In this document: positions 9,993-21,502 of the stretch, piece after piece | Layout of the letters: each line of letters opens with the position of its first letter | Numbering within the stretch: the first letter of the stretch is position 1 | Source of the DNA: Thermoproteota archaeon | GTDB lineage: Archaea; Thermoproteota; Methanomethylicia; Methanomethylicales; Methanomethylicaceae | Reading direction: 5' to 3' | NCBI GenBank assembly: GCA_020832905.1 | Contig: JAJHRG010000001.1 | Location: 360,617-424,616 of the forward strand | DNA length: 64,000 nt | The notes under the pieces: model-generated | Told to the model about the DNA's origin: nothing | Database searches by the model: none | What the model saw: the letters and a program-made list of their open reading frames with translations, nothing else | Program-made: the position numbers and the translations under genes

Positions 9993-11011
9993 AAATCTCA
10001 AAAAGAAAGATCTATAGAGATTTCTCAAAATGCATATTATGTGGAAGATGTAGAAATGTATGTCCTACAAATGCTATTAAATATGAAGTTAAATATAATG
10101 GATTATGTACACATTGTAATTTATGTGCAGAAATATGTCCTGTAAAAGCTATAGATTCTTATGAAGGAAAAATAAGTCAAGAAGAATATGGTAAATTATA
10201 TGTAAATTTGAAGAGTTATAATGAAAGAAAAATAAAATTAAATTGTGTTATGTGTATGAAATGTTATGAAGAATGTCCAGTTAATGCTATAAAGATAATT
10301 GATGGAAAATTAGAAATTAATAAAGGAAATGCTTTTCCATCTATTATAAATTGTAACTTATGTTCTTTATGTACTATGGTATGTCCAAATAATGCATTAA
10401 AATTTGAAATGAATAGAATTAAATTAAATCCTGAATTATGTACTCTTTGTGGTGAATGTATTAAGCATTGTCCAGCAAATACTATGTATCTTAAAGATAA
10501 ATATCCTGCAGGATATTGTGTTATGTGTGGTCGTTGTATAAAATCTTGTCCTGTTTCTGCATTATCTATAAAAACTATTACTTGGGATGGTGAAATAAAT
10601 ACATGTATAAAATGTGGTACATGTGTAAAAATATGTCCAGTTAATGCTATAAGTCTTAATCCAATAACTGATGATAAACCATTAGTTAATACAAATAAAT
10701 GTATTCTTTGTGAATTATGTGCTGCTTATTGTCCTGTTGATGGTATTCCTATATTATATACACTTAAAAAGAAAAAATTAGAACAATGGTCAATATCAAT
10801 AGATAGAAATCTCTGTATTGGATGTGGACTTTGTGTAGATGCTTGTAAGATATCACTTAAAGGAGATAATGCAATATATATTAATAAGGGATTAGCTTAT
10901 GTAAATAAAGATAAATGTATTGGATGTGGTGCATGTGCTATGACATGTCCAACTGATTGTATTAAATTAACTAAAATTTATGAAACAAAGGAGGTTGTTG
11001 CAATACCATGA
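9989..11011 (+). CDS. polyferredoxin with ten CxxCxxCxxxCP [4Fe-4S] motifs
   Basis: 340 aa carrying ten consecutive Cys4 ferredoxin motifs (CILCGRCRNVCP through CIGCGACAMTCP), an Eha/Ehb-like polyferredoxin architecture. Confidence 0.85.
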   Translation: MKISKRKIYRDFSKCILCGRCRNVCPTNAIKYEVKYNGLCTHCNLCAEICPVKAIDSYEGKISQEEYGKLYVNLKSYNERKIKLNCVMCMKCYEECPVNAIKIIDGKLEINKGNAFPSIINCNLCSLCTMVCPNNALKFEMNRIKLNPELCTLCGECIKHCPANTMYLKDKYPAGYCVMCGRCIKSCPVSALSIKTITWDGEINTCIKCGTCVKICPVNAISLNPITDDKPLVNTNKCILCELCAAYCPVDGIPILYTLKKKKLEQWSISIDRNLCIGCGLCVDACKISLKGDNAIYINKGLAYVNKDKCIGCGACAMTCPTDCIKLTKIYETKEVVAIP

Positions 11012-11493
11012 TTACTTTATTAAGACTTATGCTTCAAGGAGCTTATAGAAATATTGCAAGAATATTAGCAAAAGCTGATAGAGCTACAAGTATTGAAATA
11101 AGAAATAAAGTTTTAAATCTATCTGTACCAGCTTGGGAAACTGTACTTGATGAAATGTGTATTGGATGTGGTGCATGTGAAAAAGTTTGTCCAACTAAGG
11201 CTATAACTATGATAAAATTAGATAAACCTGTAGAAATAATTGAAGGTTATAAAAGAGAAAAAGTTCCTAGAATAGATTTAATGAAATGTATTTTCTGTTT
11301 AAATTGTCATGATTTTTGTCCTATTTTTGCATTATTTGGAGAAGCAGCACCAATTCATGCAAGAGATGTAGGTAGTCCTAAATTAACTCTTCGTGAAATA
11401 CTTAAAAAGCCAATAAAAGCACCACCAGAAAAAATTGAAGAACTTAAAAAATTAATTCCATCTGAATTTTTTAGGAGTATAATAAGGAGGTAA
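11008..11493 (+). CDS. 2x[4Fe-4S] ferredoxin subunit, NuoI/MbhN/EhbL-like
   Basis: 161 aa with two Cys4 motifs, [12 protein letters not shown] and [12 protein letters not shown]. Confidence 0.7.
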   Translation: MITLLRLMLQGAYRNIARILAKADRATSIEIRNKVLNLSVPAWETVLDEMCIGCGACEKVCPTKAITMIKLDKPVEIIEGYKREKVPRIDLMKCIFCLNCHDFCPIFALFGEAAPIHARDVGSPKLTLREILKKPIKAPPEKIEELKKLIPSEFFRSIIRR

Positions 11494-11497
11494 GATA

Positions 11498-11947
11498 ATG
11501 GGATTAAAAGCTATTGCAAGAAAAAATGCAATTCATGCTATGTTGATTTATACTGGAGGATGTAATGGTTGTGATATTGAAGTTGTTAATGCTGTTTATT
11601 CTCCAAGATATGATATAGAACAATATAGAGTTCTCTTAACATGGAATCCAAGAGAAGCAGATGTACTTATTGTTACAGGATGTGTTACTTGGCAAATGGT
11701 TGAACCATTAAAAAAGATATATTCCTTAATACCTGAGCCTAAAGCAGTTGTTGCTGTTGGTGCATGTGCTATAAATGGTAATGTTTATAAAAATATGGTA
11801 GGAGAGATTGGAGTAAATGAAGAAATATTTGCACCAGTAGATAATATAATTCCTGTAGATGCTAAAGTACCTGGATGTGCTCCAAGACCTGAAGATATAT
11901 TAATGGGAGTTGTAAAAGTTATACCAAAATTAATGGAGGCACCATAA
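11498..11947 (+). CDS. group-4 [NiFe] hydrogenase small subunit, NuoB-like
   Basis: 149 aa. Carries the NuoB-fold proximal-cluster cysteines ([21 protein letters not shown]). Confidence 0.85.
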   Translation: MGLKAIARKNAIHAMLIYTGGCNGCDIEVVNAVYSPRYDIEQYRVLLTWNPREADVLIVTGCVTWQMVEPLKKIYSLIPEPKAVVAVGACAINGNVYKNMVGEIGVNEEIFAPVDNIIPVDAKVPGCAPRPEDILMGVVKVIPKLMEAP

Positions 11948-13117
11948 ATGTCTAAGAAGATAATAGAAAAAGAAATTTCCATAGGCCCAGTTCATCCTGC
12001 TTTAATTGAACCATATAGAATTAGATTTTTTGTAAATGATGAAATAGTTGAAGATTGTGAAATAAATATAAATATGGCATATAGAGGTATAGAAAGATTA
12101 TTAGAAGGTCTTCCTGTAGAAAAAGCATTATTAATTACAGAAAGAATTTGTGGAATTTGTTCAAATGTTCATGCATGGAATTCTGTTCGTGTTGTAGAAT
12201 CAGGTCTTAAAATAGAAGTTCCTGAAAGAGCTAATTATATAAGAGTTTTAATTAATGAAATTCAACGTATAGCAAGTCATTTAATATTCTTTGGACATGC
12301 TTTTGAGGTTATAGGACATGAAACTTTTGCCTATAGATCTTTTCTACTTAGAGAAGTATTTATGGATCTAATGGCTTATATTGGTGGTAATAGAGTAATG
12401 CCTTCTGTTCCTGTAATTGGAGGAATAAGACCAAGAGCAGATTTAACTGATACATTAAAAAGAGTAATATTAGAAAGAGTAAATGATTTTGAAAAGAAAT
12501 ATAAAGAATATGTTGATAGAATTCTTGCAGATCCCATGGTAATGTCAAGATTAACTGGTGTAGGATATTTATCAAAAGAAGATGCTATAAGATATCATGC
12601 AGTAGGACCAACATGTAGAGCTTCTGGAGTAAATTATGATGTAAGAACACTTATGCATGAATATAAACCATTTGATTTTGAAGTAATTGTACTTACAGAA
12701 GGTGATAATAGAGCAAGAATTGTTCAAAGAGCTCTTGAAATATTTGAATGCTTAAAAATAATTAGACAAGTAATAAAGAATTTACCAGAAGGACCTGTTG
12801 TAAATAGAAATTGGACTATAAGAGAAATGCCATTTACTACTGCATATTTTGAAGCCTTTAGAGGAGAATTAATGCATTCATATGCATTAGATTCTCAAGG
12901 ATTAATACGTAATTATAAAGTTAGAACACCAACACCTACTAATCTTGCAGCTATGGAAAAAGCATGTATTGGTGATCATATAACAGATGCTGTTGTAACT
13001 ATAGCAAGTTGTGATCCTTGTCTTACTTGTTGTACAAGAATTGAAGTAGTAGAATCCGGAAAAACTAAAGTTATGAGTGATATTGAAATTGTAAGAAAAT
13101 ATGGATGGAGGAGATAA
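11948..13117 (+). CDS. group-4 [NiFe] hydrogenase large subunit, NuoD-like with intact Ni-binding cysteines
   Basis: 389 aa. N-terminal L1 motif RICGICSNVH and C-terminal L2 motif DPCLTCCTR, followed by a 25-aa cleavable extension. Starts directly with the GPVHP segment, so no fused NuoC-like part. Confidence 0.85.
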   Translation: MSKKIIEKEISIGPVHPALIEPYRIRFFVNDEIVEDCEININMAYRGIERLLEGLPVEKALLITERICGICSNVHAWNSVRVVESGLKIEVPERANYIRVLINEIQRIASHLIFFGHAFEVIGHETFAYRSFLLREVFMDLMAYIGGNRVMPSVPVIGGIRPRADLTDTLKRVILERVNDFEKKYKEYVDRILADPMVMSRLTGVGYLSKEDAIRYHAVGPTCRASGVNYDVRTLMHEYKPFDFEVIVLTEGDNRARIVQRALEIFECLKIIRQVIKNLPEGPVVNRNWTIREMPFTTAYFEAFRGELMHSYALDSQGLIRNYKVRTPTPTNLAAMEKACIGDHITDAVVTIASCDPCLTCCTRIEVVESGKTKVMSDIEIVRKYGWRR

Positions 13118-14151
13118 ATATGGAAGTATTTTTGAAAATATTAATAGCTTCTATATTAGCTATAATTATTTCAGTTCCATACTCTTTAATACTTCCAGGA
13201 ATTGAAAGAAAAATTCAAGCAAGAATACAGCAAAGAATTGGACCACCTATACTTACTCCAGGATTATGGGCAGTATTAAAATTCTGGTATAAAAAGGATG
13301 TAGAACCTGTTGCTTATTTACCTAAATTCTATAAATCATTAATAATATTTGGTATTATCATATGTATCTTCCTATTTCTATTTTCTACACCATATTGGTG
13401 GCAAATATTAAGCTGGGGTAGTGTACTTGGTCTAATTGGAATGTTAAAATTAGAAGAATTTCTATATGTATTAATGGGTTCTCAATCTCAATCCTTTTTA
13501 TCTACAACAATGCCTGTACCAGATCTTGCTAAAGGTGCTAAAGGTATTGGTATATTTAGAGAGTTTGTAGAACAGCATTCTGCTGAAAGAGCAATAAAAA
13601 TGATGGCAGTAGGCTCACTTCCACTATATATTGCTCTTATAGTTCCTTTTGCTATAGCAAAAAGTGGAATGATTTCAGATGTAATAAAAATTCAAAATCC
13701 ATTATACTTTAATTCTTCATGGTTCTCTTTACCAATTCCATCTAGTCCAATAATATTTACAGTTCCAGGCTTTTTATCAGCTATTGTGTACTTTATAGGA
13801 TATGTCATATTACTAAATGAAAGACCTTTTAATATATTAAAAGCTAAAGTTGATGTAATTGAAGGAGGAATTCTTGAATATGCTGCAAAGTTAAGAGCAG
13901 GATATTACATAATTAGAAATCTTATGTTATTTATACTTTCAAGTATTTTTGTTACATTATTTATTGGAATTCCATTTGATCCATTCATACCTTTATGTAT
14001 GATTATAAACATAGTATTAAGCTTAATAATGCCAATAGCTCTTTCTGTATTTGTAGCATTTTCTCCAATATTTACTTTCCGTCAAATTTATCCAACTGCT
14101 ATTGGATTTTCTGCAATAGGAGCATTTGCTTTAATAATTTCTATGATATGA
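13105..14151 (+). CDS. NuoH-like membrane subunit of the hydrogenase, MbhM/EhbO-like
   Basis: 348 aa polytopic membrane protein. Its start overlaps the large-subunit gene by 13 nt. Confidence 0.7.
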   Translation: MEEINMEVFLKILIASILAIIISVPYSLILPGIERKIQARIQQRIGPPILTPGLWAVLKFWYKKDVEPVAYLPKFYKSLIIFGIIICIFLFLFSTPYWWQILSWGSVLGLIGMLKLEEFLYVLMGSQSQSFLSTTMPVPDLAKGAKGIGIFREFVEQHSAERAIKMMAVGSLPLYIALIVPFAIAKSGMISDVIKIQNPLYFNSSWFSLPIPSSPIIFTVPGFLSAIVYFIGYVILLNERPFNILKAKVDVIEGGILEYAAKLRAGYYIIRNLMLFILSSIFVTLFIGIPFDPFIPLCMIINIVLSLIMPIALSVFVAFSPIFTFRQIYPTAIGFSAIGAFALIISMI

Positions 14152-14160
14152 GGTGATAAT

Positions 14161-14412
14161 ATGCCAAAAATTGTTCTAAGAGGAAAACATGTAATAAATC
14201 TTGGTGGATGGATTGTAGAGAATGTAGCAAATCTACCATATAGAGATTATATTGTTGGAAATCCATTTGATGAACCTGTTAAAATTGAAGCACCTATATA
14301 TTCTATTGAGGATATAAATGCACTTAAAAAACTTGGTCTAATTGTTGAGCCTTTATTACCACATGAAAATCTTGTAGAAAAAATTAATAAAATAAAGTCT
14401 TTAATTAAGTGA
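14161..14412 (+). CDS. hypothetical soluble protein between the hydrogenase and ATP synthase genes
   Basis: 83 aa, no TM helix, with an SD-like aggtga sequence upstream. No recognisable motif. Confidence 0.4.
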   Translation: MPKIVLRGKHVINLGGWIVENVANLPYRDYIVGNPFDEPVKIEAPIYSIEDINALKKLGLIVEPLLPHENLVEKINKIKSLIK

Positions 14413-14417
14413 TAAAA

Positions 14418-14699
14418 ATGAAAATTGTTTTTATTGGTAATCCAGGGCTATCATATGGATATAAATTATTTGGTATAGAATGTATTTCTGTAACTTCAAA
14501 AGAAGAATTCTTAAAAGCAATTGAAAAAGTATTAAAAATGAATGATATTAGTATTGTACTATTAGATAGTGATTTCTCATCATTAGTAAAGGATTATATT
14601 CGTAAATTAAGAATGAAAGTATCAATCCCATTTATAATTGAAGTTCCTGGTTTGAAGACTATTCCAGAAGTAGATATTAAACCTATTTCAATAAGATAG
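14418..14699 (+). CDS. atpF: A-type ATP synthase subunit F
   Basis: MKIVFIGNPGLSYGYKLFGIE...IPFIIEVPG matches the archaeal AtpF pattern MKIAVIGD..GFRLAGV...PIIVEIPS. Start moved from the track GTG at 14409 to the ATG at 14418. Confidence 0.75.
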   Translation: MKIVFIGNPGLSYGYKLFGIECISVTSKEEFLKAIEKVLKMNDISIVLLDSDFSSLVKDYIRKLRMKVSIPFIIEVPGLKTIPEVDIKPISIR

Positions 14700-14711
14700 T
14701 AGGGATTAAAA

Positions 14712-15305
14712 ATGAGTAGTAATGTAGAAGCTTTTAAGATAATGGTTGATAAATTACTAAATGATACTAAAAATAAAGTAACTACAATCTTTAATAATGC
14801 ATTTGAAAATATTTTGAAAATACTTAGTGAATCTGAAAAATATGCTATTTCTAATTATAAGGAAATCTTATCTTCATATAAAGAAAGAGCAGAAATTGAG
14901 TCTAAAAAAGAAATTTCAAAAACAGAAATGGAATCTCGATTATATTTACTAACTCTAAAAGACTCATGTATTAATAAAGTTATTGAAAATGTAAAATCTA
15001 AATTAATTGAATATTGTAAAAGTGATGAATACATAGAAATTATTCTAGAAAAATTAAAGAAAATATCAAAAGAAATTCCTATAGAAATACTTCTTATGAA
15101 AGAAGATGATATTAAACGTATAGGTATTGATAAGCTTGAGAAAATTTTAGAATCTTCAGAAATAAAATCTTATCCTATTGAAATAGGTGGATTTATTATT
15201 ATATCTAGAAATGGAAAATTAACAATAAATAGAACACTTGATTACTTATTAGAAGCAGAAAAACAAGTTCTAAGATCAAAAATAGCATCAATTCTATTTA
15301 GGTGA
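14712..15305 (+). CDS. atpE: A-type ATP synthase subunit E
   Basis: 197 aa with a coiled-coil N-terminus and the C-terminal [24 protein letters not shown] segment typical of AtpE. Confidence 0.65.
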   Translation: MSSNVEAFKIMVDKLLNDTKNKVTTIFNNAFENILKILSESEKYAISNYKEILSSYKERAEIESKKEISKTEMESRLYLLTLKDSCINKVIENVKSKLIEYCKSDEYIEIILEKLKKISKEIPIEILLMKEDDIKRIGIDKLEKILESSEIKSYPIEIGGFIIISRNGKLTINRTLDYLLEAEKQVLRSKIASILFR

Positions 15306-17071
15306 TAATAGTGAGAATTGGTAAAATTATAAGAATAAGTGGTCCTGTTGTACAAGCAGAAGGTGCTTTAGGTTTTGAAATGCATGAACTAGTAATGGTT
15401 GGAAATGAGGAATTAATAGGTGAAGTTGTTAGAATAGAAGGAGATATTATAACAGTACAAGTATATGAAGATACTGTTGGCTTAAAAGTAGGAGAACCTG
15501 TTAAAGGTTCTGGAATGCCTTTATCTGTAGAACTAGGTCCTGGATTAATACAAAATATATTTGATGGAATTCAACGTCCACTTACTATCATAAGAGAAGT
15601 AACTGGAGATTTTGTAAGAAGAGGAGTAAAAACAACAGCATTACCAAGAGATAAAAAATGGCATTTTATCCCACTAAAGAAAGTAGGAGATTATGTAAAA
15701 CCTGGTGAAATTATTGGAAAAGTTCAAGAAACACCATTAGTAGAACATAGAATTCTTGTTCCTCCAAATAGAGAAGGTAAAATAGAATATATAGTAGAAG
15801 AAGGTGATTATACAATAGAAGAAACTATTGCAAAACTTTCACTAAATAATACAAAATATGAATTAAAGATGTATCATAAATGGCCTGTAAGAAAGCCAAG
15901 ACCATATTTAGAACGTCTTGAACCAACAGAACCTCTTATAACAGGTCAAAGAATAATTGATACATTATTTCCAGTTGCTAAAGGAGGAGCAGTTTGTATT
16001 CCTGGAGGATTTGGTACTGGTAAAACTGTAACATCTCATCAACTTGCTGCATGGTCAGATGCTCATATAATTATATACATTGGTTGTGGAGAAAGAGGAA
16101 ATGAAATGACTGAAGTTTTAATAAACTTTCCAGAATGGAAAGATCCAAGAACTGGAAGACCATTAATGGAAAGAACAATATTAATTGCAAATACAAGTAA
16201 TATGCCTGTAGCTGCAAGAGAAGCTTGTATATATACTGGTGTAACAATAGCTGAATACTTTAGAGATATGGGATATGATGTTGCAGTAATGGCAGATTCT
16301 ACAAGTAGATGGGCTGAAGCATTAAGAGAAATTGCTGGAAGACTTGAAGAAATGCCAGCTGAAGAAGGTTATCCTCCATATCTTGCATCTAGACTTGGAG
16401 AATTTTATGAACGTGCTGGAAGAGTTAAAACATTAAGTGGATTATATGGATCTGTAACATTAATAGGTGCGGTTTCTCCACCTGGAGGAGATTTTTCAGA
16501 ACCTGTTACTGTTCATACAAAAAGATTTGTAAGAGCTTTTTGGGCATTAGATACTGCATTAGCAAGTATGCGTCATTATCCTGCAATAAATTGGTTAATA
16601 TCTTATTCTGAATATGTTGATTATGTTGAAAAATGGTGGAATGAAAAAACTCATGGAAATTGGAAGAACTTAAGATTAAAAGCTCTTGAAATTTTAAAAA
16701 GAGAAGATGAATTAAAAGAAATTATAAGATTAGTTGGTATAGAATCTCTTCCTGAAACTGAAAAATTAGTTCTTGAAACTGCAAGACTTTTAAGAGAAGG
16801 TTTTCTCCAACAAAATGCATATGATCCAATAGATACATATTCCTCACCAGAAAAACAATATAAGCTTCTTTATGCAATTCTTGAATTTCATAATATAGCA
16901 CTTAAAGCAATTTCAAAAGGTATACCTGTTTCAAAAATTATTTCATTAAAATCTATTTCTGAATTAGCAAGAGCAAGAATGAATATACCAAATGAAAAAG
17001 CTTATGAAATTGATAATATTTTAAAACGAATAGAAAATGAAATTAATAGTATTATGGAGGAATCATCATGA
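15302..17071 (+). CDS. atpA: A-type ATP synthase catalytic subunit A
   Basis: 589 aa. P-loop GGFGTGKT, the A-subunit-specific non-homologous region, and extensive conservation. Likely GTG start. Confidence 0.95.
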   Translation: MIIVRIGKIIRISGPVVQAEGALGFEMHELVMVGNEELIGEVVRIEGDIITVQVYEDTVGLKVGEPVKGSGMPLSVELGPGLIQNIFDGIQRPLTIIREVTGDFVRRGVKTTALPRDKKWHFIPLKKVGDYVKPGEIIGKVQETPLVEHRILVPPNREGKIEYIVEEGDYTIEETIAKLSLNNTKYELKMYHKWPVRKPRPYLERLEPTEPLITGQRIIDTLFPVAKGGAVCIPGGFGTGKTVTSHQLAAWSDAHIIIYIGCGERGNEMTEVLINFPEWKDPRTGRPLMERTILIANTSNMPVAAREACIYTGVTIAEYFRDMGYDVAVMADSTSRWAEALREIAGRLEEMPAEEGYPPYLASRLGEFYERAGRVKTLSGLYGSVTLIGAVSPPGGDFSEPVTVHTKRFVRAFWALDTALASMRHYPAINWLISYSEYVDYVEKWWNEKTHGNWKNLRLKALEILKREDELKEIIRLVGIESLPETEKLVLETARLLREGFLQQNAYDPIDTYSSPEKQYKLLYAILEFHNIALKAISKGIPVSKIISLKSISELARARMNIPNEKAYEIDNILKRIENEINSIMEESS

Positions 17072-18441
17072 GCATAGAGTATAGAACTATACAGAAAATA
17101 AGTGGTCCTTTAATATTTGTAGAAGGAGTATCTGGAGTAGGATATAATGAACTTGTAGAAATAAGAGATCCAGAAGGAAATTTAAGAAGAGGAAGAGTTC
17201 TTGAAATTAATAGAAATATTGCAGTAGTTGAAGTTTTTGAAGGAACAACTGGTCTATCTATTACATCATCAACTGTAAGATTTCTTGGTAAGCCTTTAAC
17301 AATACCCCTATCAACTGAAATGCTTGGTAGAGTTTTCAATGGACTTGGAGAACCAATAGATGGTGGTCCTCCTCCATTTACAGAGGAATATAGAGATGTA
17401 AATGGATTACCAATGAATCCATATGCAAGAGATTATCCTACAAAGTTTATACAAACAGGTATATCTGCTATTGATGGAATGAATACATTAGTAAGAGGAC
17501 AGAAATTACCAATTTTTTCAGGATCTGGTTTACCTCATAATTTACTTGCAACACAAATAGCAAGACAAGCTACAATAGTTGGTGAAGAAGAAGGATTTGC
17601 TGTTATATTTGTAGCTATGGGTATAAAACATGATGAAGCTGAATTCTTTAAGAAAAGCTTTGAAGAATCTGGTGTATTAAAGAATTCAGCTTTATTTTTA
17701 AATTTAGCAGACGATCCTCCTGTAGAAAGATTAGTAGCACCAAGATGTGCTTTAACTTTAGCAGAATATTTAGCATTTGAACAAGATATGCATATATTAG
17801 TAATATTAACTGATATGACAAATTATGCTGAAGCATTACGTGAAATTAGTGCAGCAAGAGAAGAAGTTCCAAGTAGAAAGGGATATCCAGGTTATATGTA
17901 TAGTGATTTTGCATCTATTTATGAGCGTGCTGGAAGAATAAAGGGAAGAAAAGGAAGTATAACTCAAATGCCTATACTCACTATGCCAAATGATGATATA
18001 ACTCATCCAATTCCTGATCTTACTGGATATATAACAGAAGGGCAAATTGTACTTGATAGAGATTTACATAGACGTGGTATATATCCACCAATAAATGTTC
18101 TTCCAAGTCTTTCTAGATTAATGAAGGATGGAATAGGAAAAGGAAAAACAAGAGAAGATCATGGTCCAGTATCTAATCAGCTTTATGCTGCATATGCAAG
18201 AGCTCAAGAGTTAAGAATGTTAAGTACTATAATTGGAGAAGAAGGATTAACTGATAGAGATAGATTATATTTAAAATTTGGAGAATTATTTGAAAGAAGA
18301 TTTATAAATCAAGGTGTAAATGAGAATAGAAGTTTAGAGACTACACTAGATATTGCATGGGATTTACTTTCAATATTTCCAGAAAGTGAACTTACAAGAA
18401 TTCCAGATTACATAATAAGAAAGTACTATAAGAGGAAGTAA
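17068..18441 (+). CDS. atpB: A-type ATP synthase subunit B
   Basis: 457 aa. Strongly conserved AtpB sequence, for example [26 protein letters not shown]. Confidence 0.95.
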   Translation: MSIEYRTIQKISGPLIFVEGVSGVGYNELVEIRDPEGNLRRGRVLEINRNIAVVEVFEGTTGLSITSSTVRFLGKPLTIPLSTEMLGRVFNGLGEPIDGGPPPFTEEYRDVNGLPMNPYARDYPTKFIQTGISAIDGMNTLVRGQKLPIFSGSGLPHNLLATQIARQATIVGEEEGFAVIFVAMGIKHDEAEFFKKSFEESGVLKNSALFLNLADDPPVERLVAPRCALTLAEYLAFEQDMHILVILTDMTNYAEALREISAAREEVPSRKGYPGYMYSDFASIYERAGRIKGRKGSITQMPILTMPNDDITHPIPDLTGYITEGQIVLDRDLHRRGIYPPINVLPSLSRLMKDGIGKGKTREDHGPVSNQLYAAYARAQELRMLSTIIGEEGLTDRDRLYLKFGELFERRFINQGVNENRSLETTLDIAWDLLSIFPESELTRIPDYIIRKYYKRK

Positions 18442-18444
18442 GCC

Positions 18445-19074
18445 TTGTCCTTAAAAGTTATACCATCTAAGATAAACTTAATTCGTTTTAGAAGAACTCT
18501 TAATTTTTTGATTAGAGTCCATGATCTTCTTGAAGATAAAAAAGAAATTTTACTTTTAGAAATAAGTAGAAGATATAATGAAACAATAAGATTAAGAAAA
18601 GAAGTTAATGAAATGCTGAAAAATGCATATGAATTTTTAAATAAAGCTAATGTAATAATGGGTAATAAAAAAATAGAAATGATTGAACCAATAAGTGAAT
18701 ATAAAATTGAAATTAAAAAAAGAAAAATTATGGGGATTTCCATACCTGCTATTTCTTTTTCTAAAGAGAAAAAGCCTATTTCCTATGGAATTTCTCAACC
18801 TACTGTACTACTAGATAATTTCATTGAAATTTTTGATAAATGTATTCCAATGTTATTAAGATTAGCAGAAATGGAAATGATTTTAATAAAGCTATTAGAA
18901 GAAGTTAAAAATACTCAAAAAAGAATAAATGCATTAGAATATGTTTTAATTCCTCGATATAAAAGCTTAATAGCATTTATATCATCTGTTTTAGAGGAAA
19001 GTGAAAGAGAAGAATTTGTAAGAATTAAAAAACTTAAAAGTATTTGGATGAAAAGGAGGGTAGTACATGAGTGA
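18445..19074 (+). CDS. atpD: A-type ATP synthase subunit D (central stalk)
   Basis: 209 aa, TTG start. Coiled-coil N and C termini and a conserved ALEYVLIPRY-type motif. Confidence 0.8.
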   Translation: MSLKVIPSKINLIRFRRTLNFLIRVHDLLEDKKEILLLEISRRYNETIRLRKEVNEMLKNAYEFLNKANVIMGNKKIEMIEPISEYKIEIKKRKIMGISIPAISFSKEKKPISYGISQPTVLLDNFIEIFDKCIPMLLRLAEMEMILIKLLEEVKNTQKRINALEYVLIPRYKSLIAFISSVLEESEREEFVRIKKLKSIWMKRRVVHE

Positions 19075-19207
19075 AGAGGAATTAAAAATAAAAGAAATTT
19101 ATGAAATGAAGAAAATTGAAATAAAAAAGCAAATTGAAGATGTTATTGATAAAATATCAAAAGAAATTGAAATGAAAAAAGAAGAAATATATAAAAGGGT
19201 TTTATAA
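19067..19207 (+). CDS. possible small, highly charged coiled-coil protein (46 aa), a stalk-like ORF not in the track
   Basis: Manual translation MSEEELKIKEIYEMKKIEIKKQIEDVIDKISKEIEMKKEEIYKRVL. Its start overlaps the atpD stop. Could be an AT-rich artefact. Confidence 0.2.
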   Translation: MSEEELKIKEIYEMKKIEIKKQIEDVIDKISKEIEMKKEEIYKRVL

Positions 19208-19227
19208 GTAAATTTTAATAAAAATAA

Positions 19228-19602
<375 letters not shown>

Positions 19603-19609
19603 TGATTAG

Positions 19610-21502
19610 GTGTACTTAATGTTCCGTCCAGAAAGAATATCAAAAACTTCTCTAATTTTTTTTAAATCTGATGTAGAAGAAGTTCTTAAAATATTAAGTA
19701 AACATGAAGCTTTTCATATAATTATAAAAGAAAATAATATAGAATCTAGAGATATAAATAAATTAAAATTATTAATTGAAAAAATAGATGATATAATAAA
19801 AAGAATAAAAAATATTTCTGGCGAAGTAGAAATAGAATCTCATTATCAAATTCTAGAATCAAAAGATATAACATCTTTAATTTCTAGTATAGAAAATGAA
19901 GTAATTAATTATGAGAATAAGGTAAAGGAACTTGAACAAATACTAAACTTAGAAAATTCACTTAGCTTTATTATTTCACTTTGGAGACCTATTGCTATTA
20001 AATTAAAGGAAATATTTCCAATTAAATTTTACTCAAAGTATTTCTCATTTATTGTTTTATATCAAAAAGAATATCGTCCTATAATACCTAATATTCCTCT
20101 TCCAAATATCATTATTAATATATCACAAAATCCTAACATAATATTATCGATTTGTTTTAAAAATGATGAATATAATATTAAAAAATATCTTGAAGAAGCA
20201 GGTTATGTAGAAATACCTAAGTTTAACAATATGCCAAAAGATATATTTGAAGTAAATGAAGTAATCAAACTTCTAGAAGATAAAATTAATGAAGTAACTA
20301 AAATAAAAAATGAGCTAATTTCTGATATTCCTAAAGTATTATCAAAATTATTCTACTTCAAATTAATTTTATCTGATATTCTTTCCATTGTTAATATTAA
20401 GGAAAGTTATTCTTTTGGAAGAAATTTAGTTATGATGGAAGGTTATGTTCCAACAAGAAATATTGATTTATTACTTAAAGATTTAAGAGAAAAATTAAAT
20501 GGTAGAATAATTGTAAATTATGTAGAAGAACATTCATCAAAAGATGTTCCTGTTATATTTAGATATCCTAAATTTATTTCATTATTTGAAAAAATAACAT
20601 GTTTATATGGTACTCCTTCATATAATGAAATAAATCCAACACCAATTTTAGCCATGACATTTCCCTTATTTTTTGGACTTATGTTTGGAGATATTGGACA
20701 TGGTATTATGTTATCACTTTTAGGATTATTTTTATATAAATATACAAAATCATTATCAAGAATTGGAATTTATCTTTCTATATGTGGTATATTTTCTGCT
20801 ATTATTGGTGGTTTTCTATATGGTGAAGCATTTGGTAAGCATATTTTCCATGGAATATTTTCACCTACTGAAGATTTTATGTCATTACTTAAATTTTCAT
20901 TATATATAGGTGTAGCTCATATTTCAATTGGTATATCAGTACAAATAATTAATAATTTAATACAGAATAAGAAGGTTGATGCATTTTTATTAAATTTACC
21001 AAGACTTATATTGTATATTTGTTTTATATACTTAGTATTTGGTTTTGGTTTAAATATAATGAGGTGGTTAGAAGGACCTATTTTAATAATGATTATACCT
21101 ATGGTATTTATGATGATTGGAAAGCCTATATGGGCTCTTATATCTCATGGGAAAAAAGAATTTCTTTCAGTTTTTGGAGAAGTAGGATTTGAAACTATTG
21201 ATACAGTAATTCGTTTTATTTCAAATACTGTATCATACTTAAGAATATTTGCAATGGTAATGGCACATATTTATCTTACAAATGTATTCTATAGCTTATC
21301 ATATATTGCTGGAGAAGGAATAATTGGAAGTATATTCTCATGGTCAATGGCAATAATAGGAAATATATTTGTTGTACTTTTAGAATCAATTGTGGCAATA
21401 GCTCAAGATCTTAGGCTTCATTTCTATGAGTGGTTTAGTAAATTCTTTGAAAATAATGGAGTAAAATTCTCTCCATTTAAATTAACAATATTAGCTAAAT
21501 AA
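19610..21502 (+). CDS. atpI: A-type ATP synthase subunit I (a)
   Basis: 630 aa with a soluble N-terminal half and a polytopic C-terminal half that includes a conserved Arg-containing helix. Confidence 0.8.
   Translation: MYLMFRPERISKTSLIFFKSDVEEVLKILSKHEAFHIIIKENNIESRDINKLKLLIEKIDDIIKRIKNISGEVEIESHYQILESKDITSLISSIENEVINYENKVKELEQILNLENSLSFIISLWRPIAIKLKEIFPIKFYSKYFSFIVLYQKEYRPIIPNIPLPNIIINISQNPNIILSICFKNDEYNIKKYLEEAGYVEIPKFNNMPKDIFEVNEVIKLLEDKINEVTKIKNELISDIPKVLSKLFYFKLILSDILSIVNIKESYSFGRNLVMMEGYVPTRNIDLLLKDLREKLNGRIIVNYVEEHSSKDVPVIFRYPKFISLFEKITCLYGTPSYNEINPTPILAMTFPLFFGLMFGDIGHGIMLSLLGLFLYKYTKSLSRIGIYLSICGIFSAIIGGFLYGEAFGKHIFHGIFSPTEDFMSLLKFSLYIGVAHISIGISVQIINNLIQNKKVDAFLLNLPRLILYICFIYLVFGFGLNIMRWLEGPILIMIIPMVFMMIGKPIWALISHGKKEFLSVFGEVGFETIDTVIRFISNTVSYLRIFAMVMAHIYLTNVFYSLSYIAGEGIIGSIFSWSMAIIGNIFVVLLESIVAIAQDLRLHFYEWFSKFFENNGVKFSPFKLTILAK

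Noticed and set aside
17052-18045. Three minus-strand ORFs (95, 62 and 69 aa) inside atpA and atpB.
   Set aside because: They are antisense to two of the most strongly conserved genes in the window.
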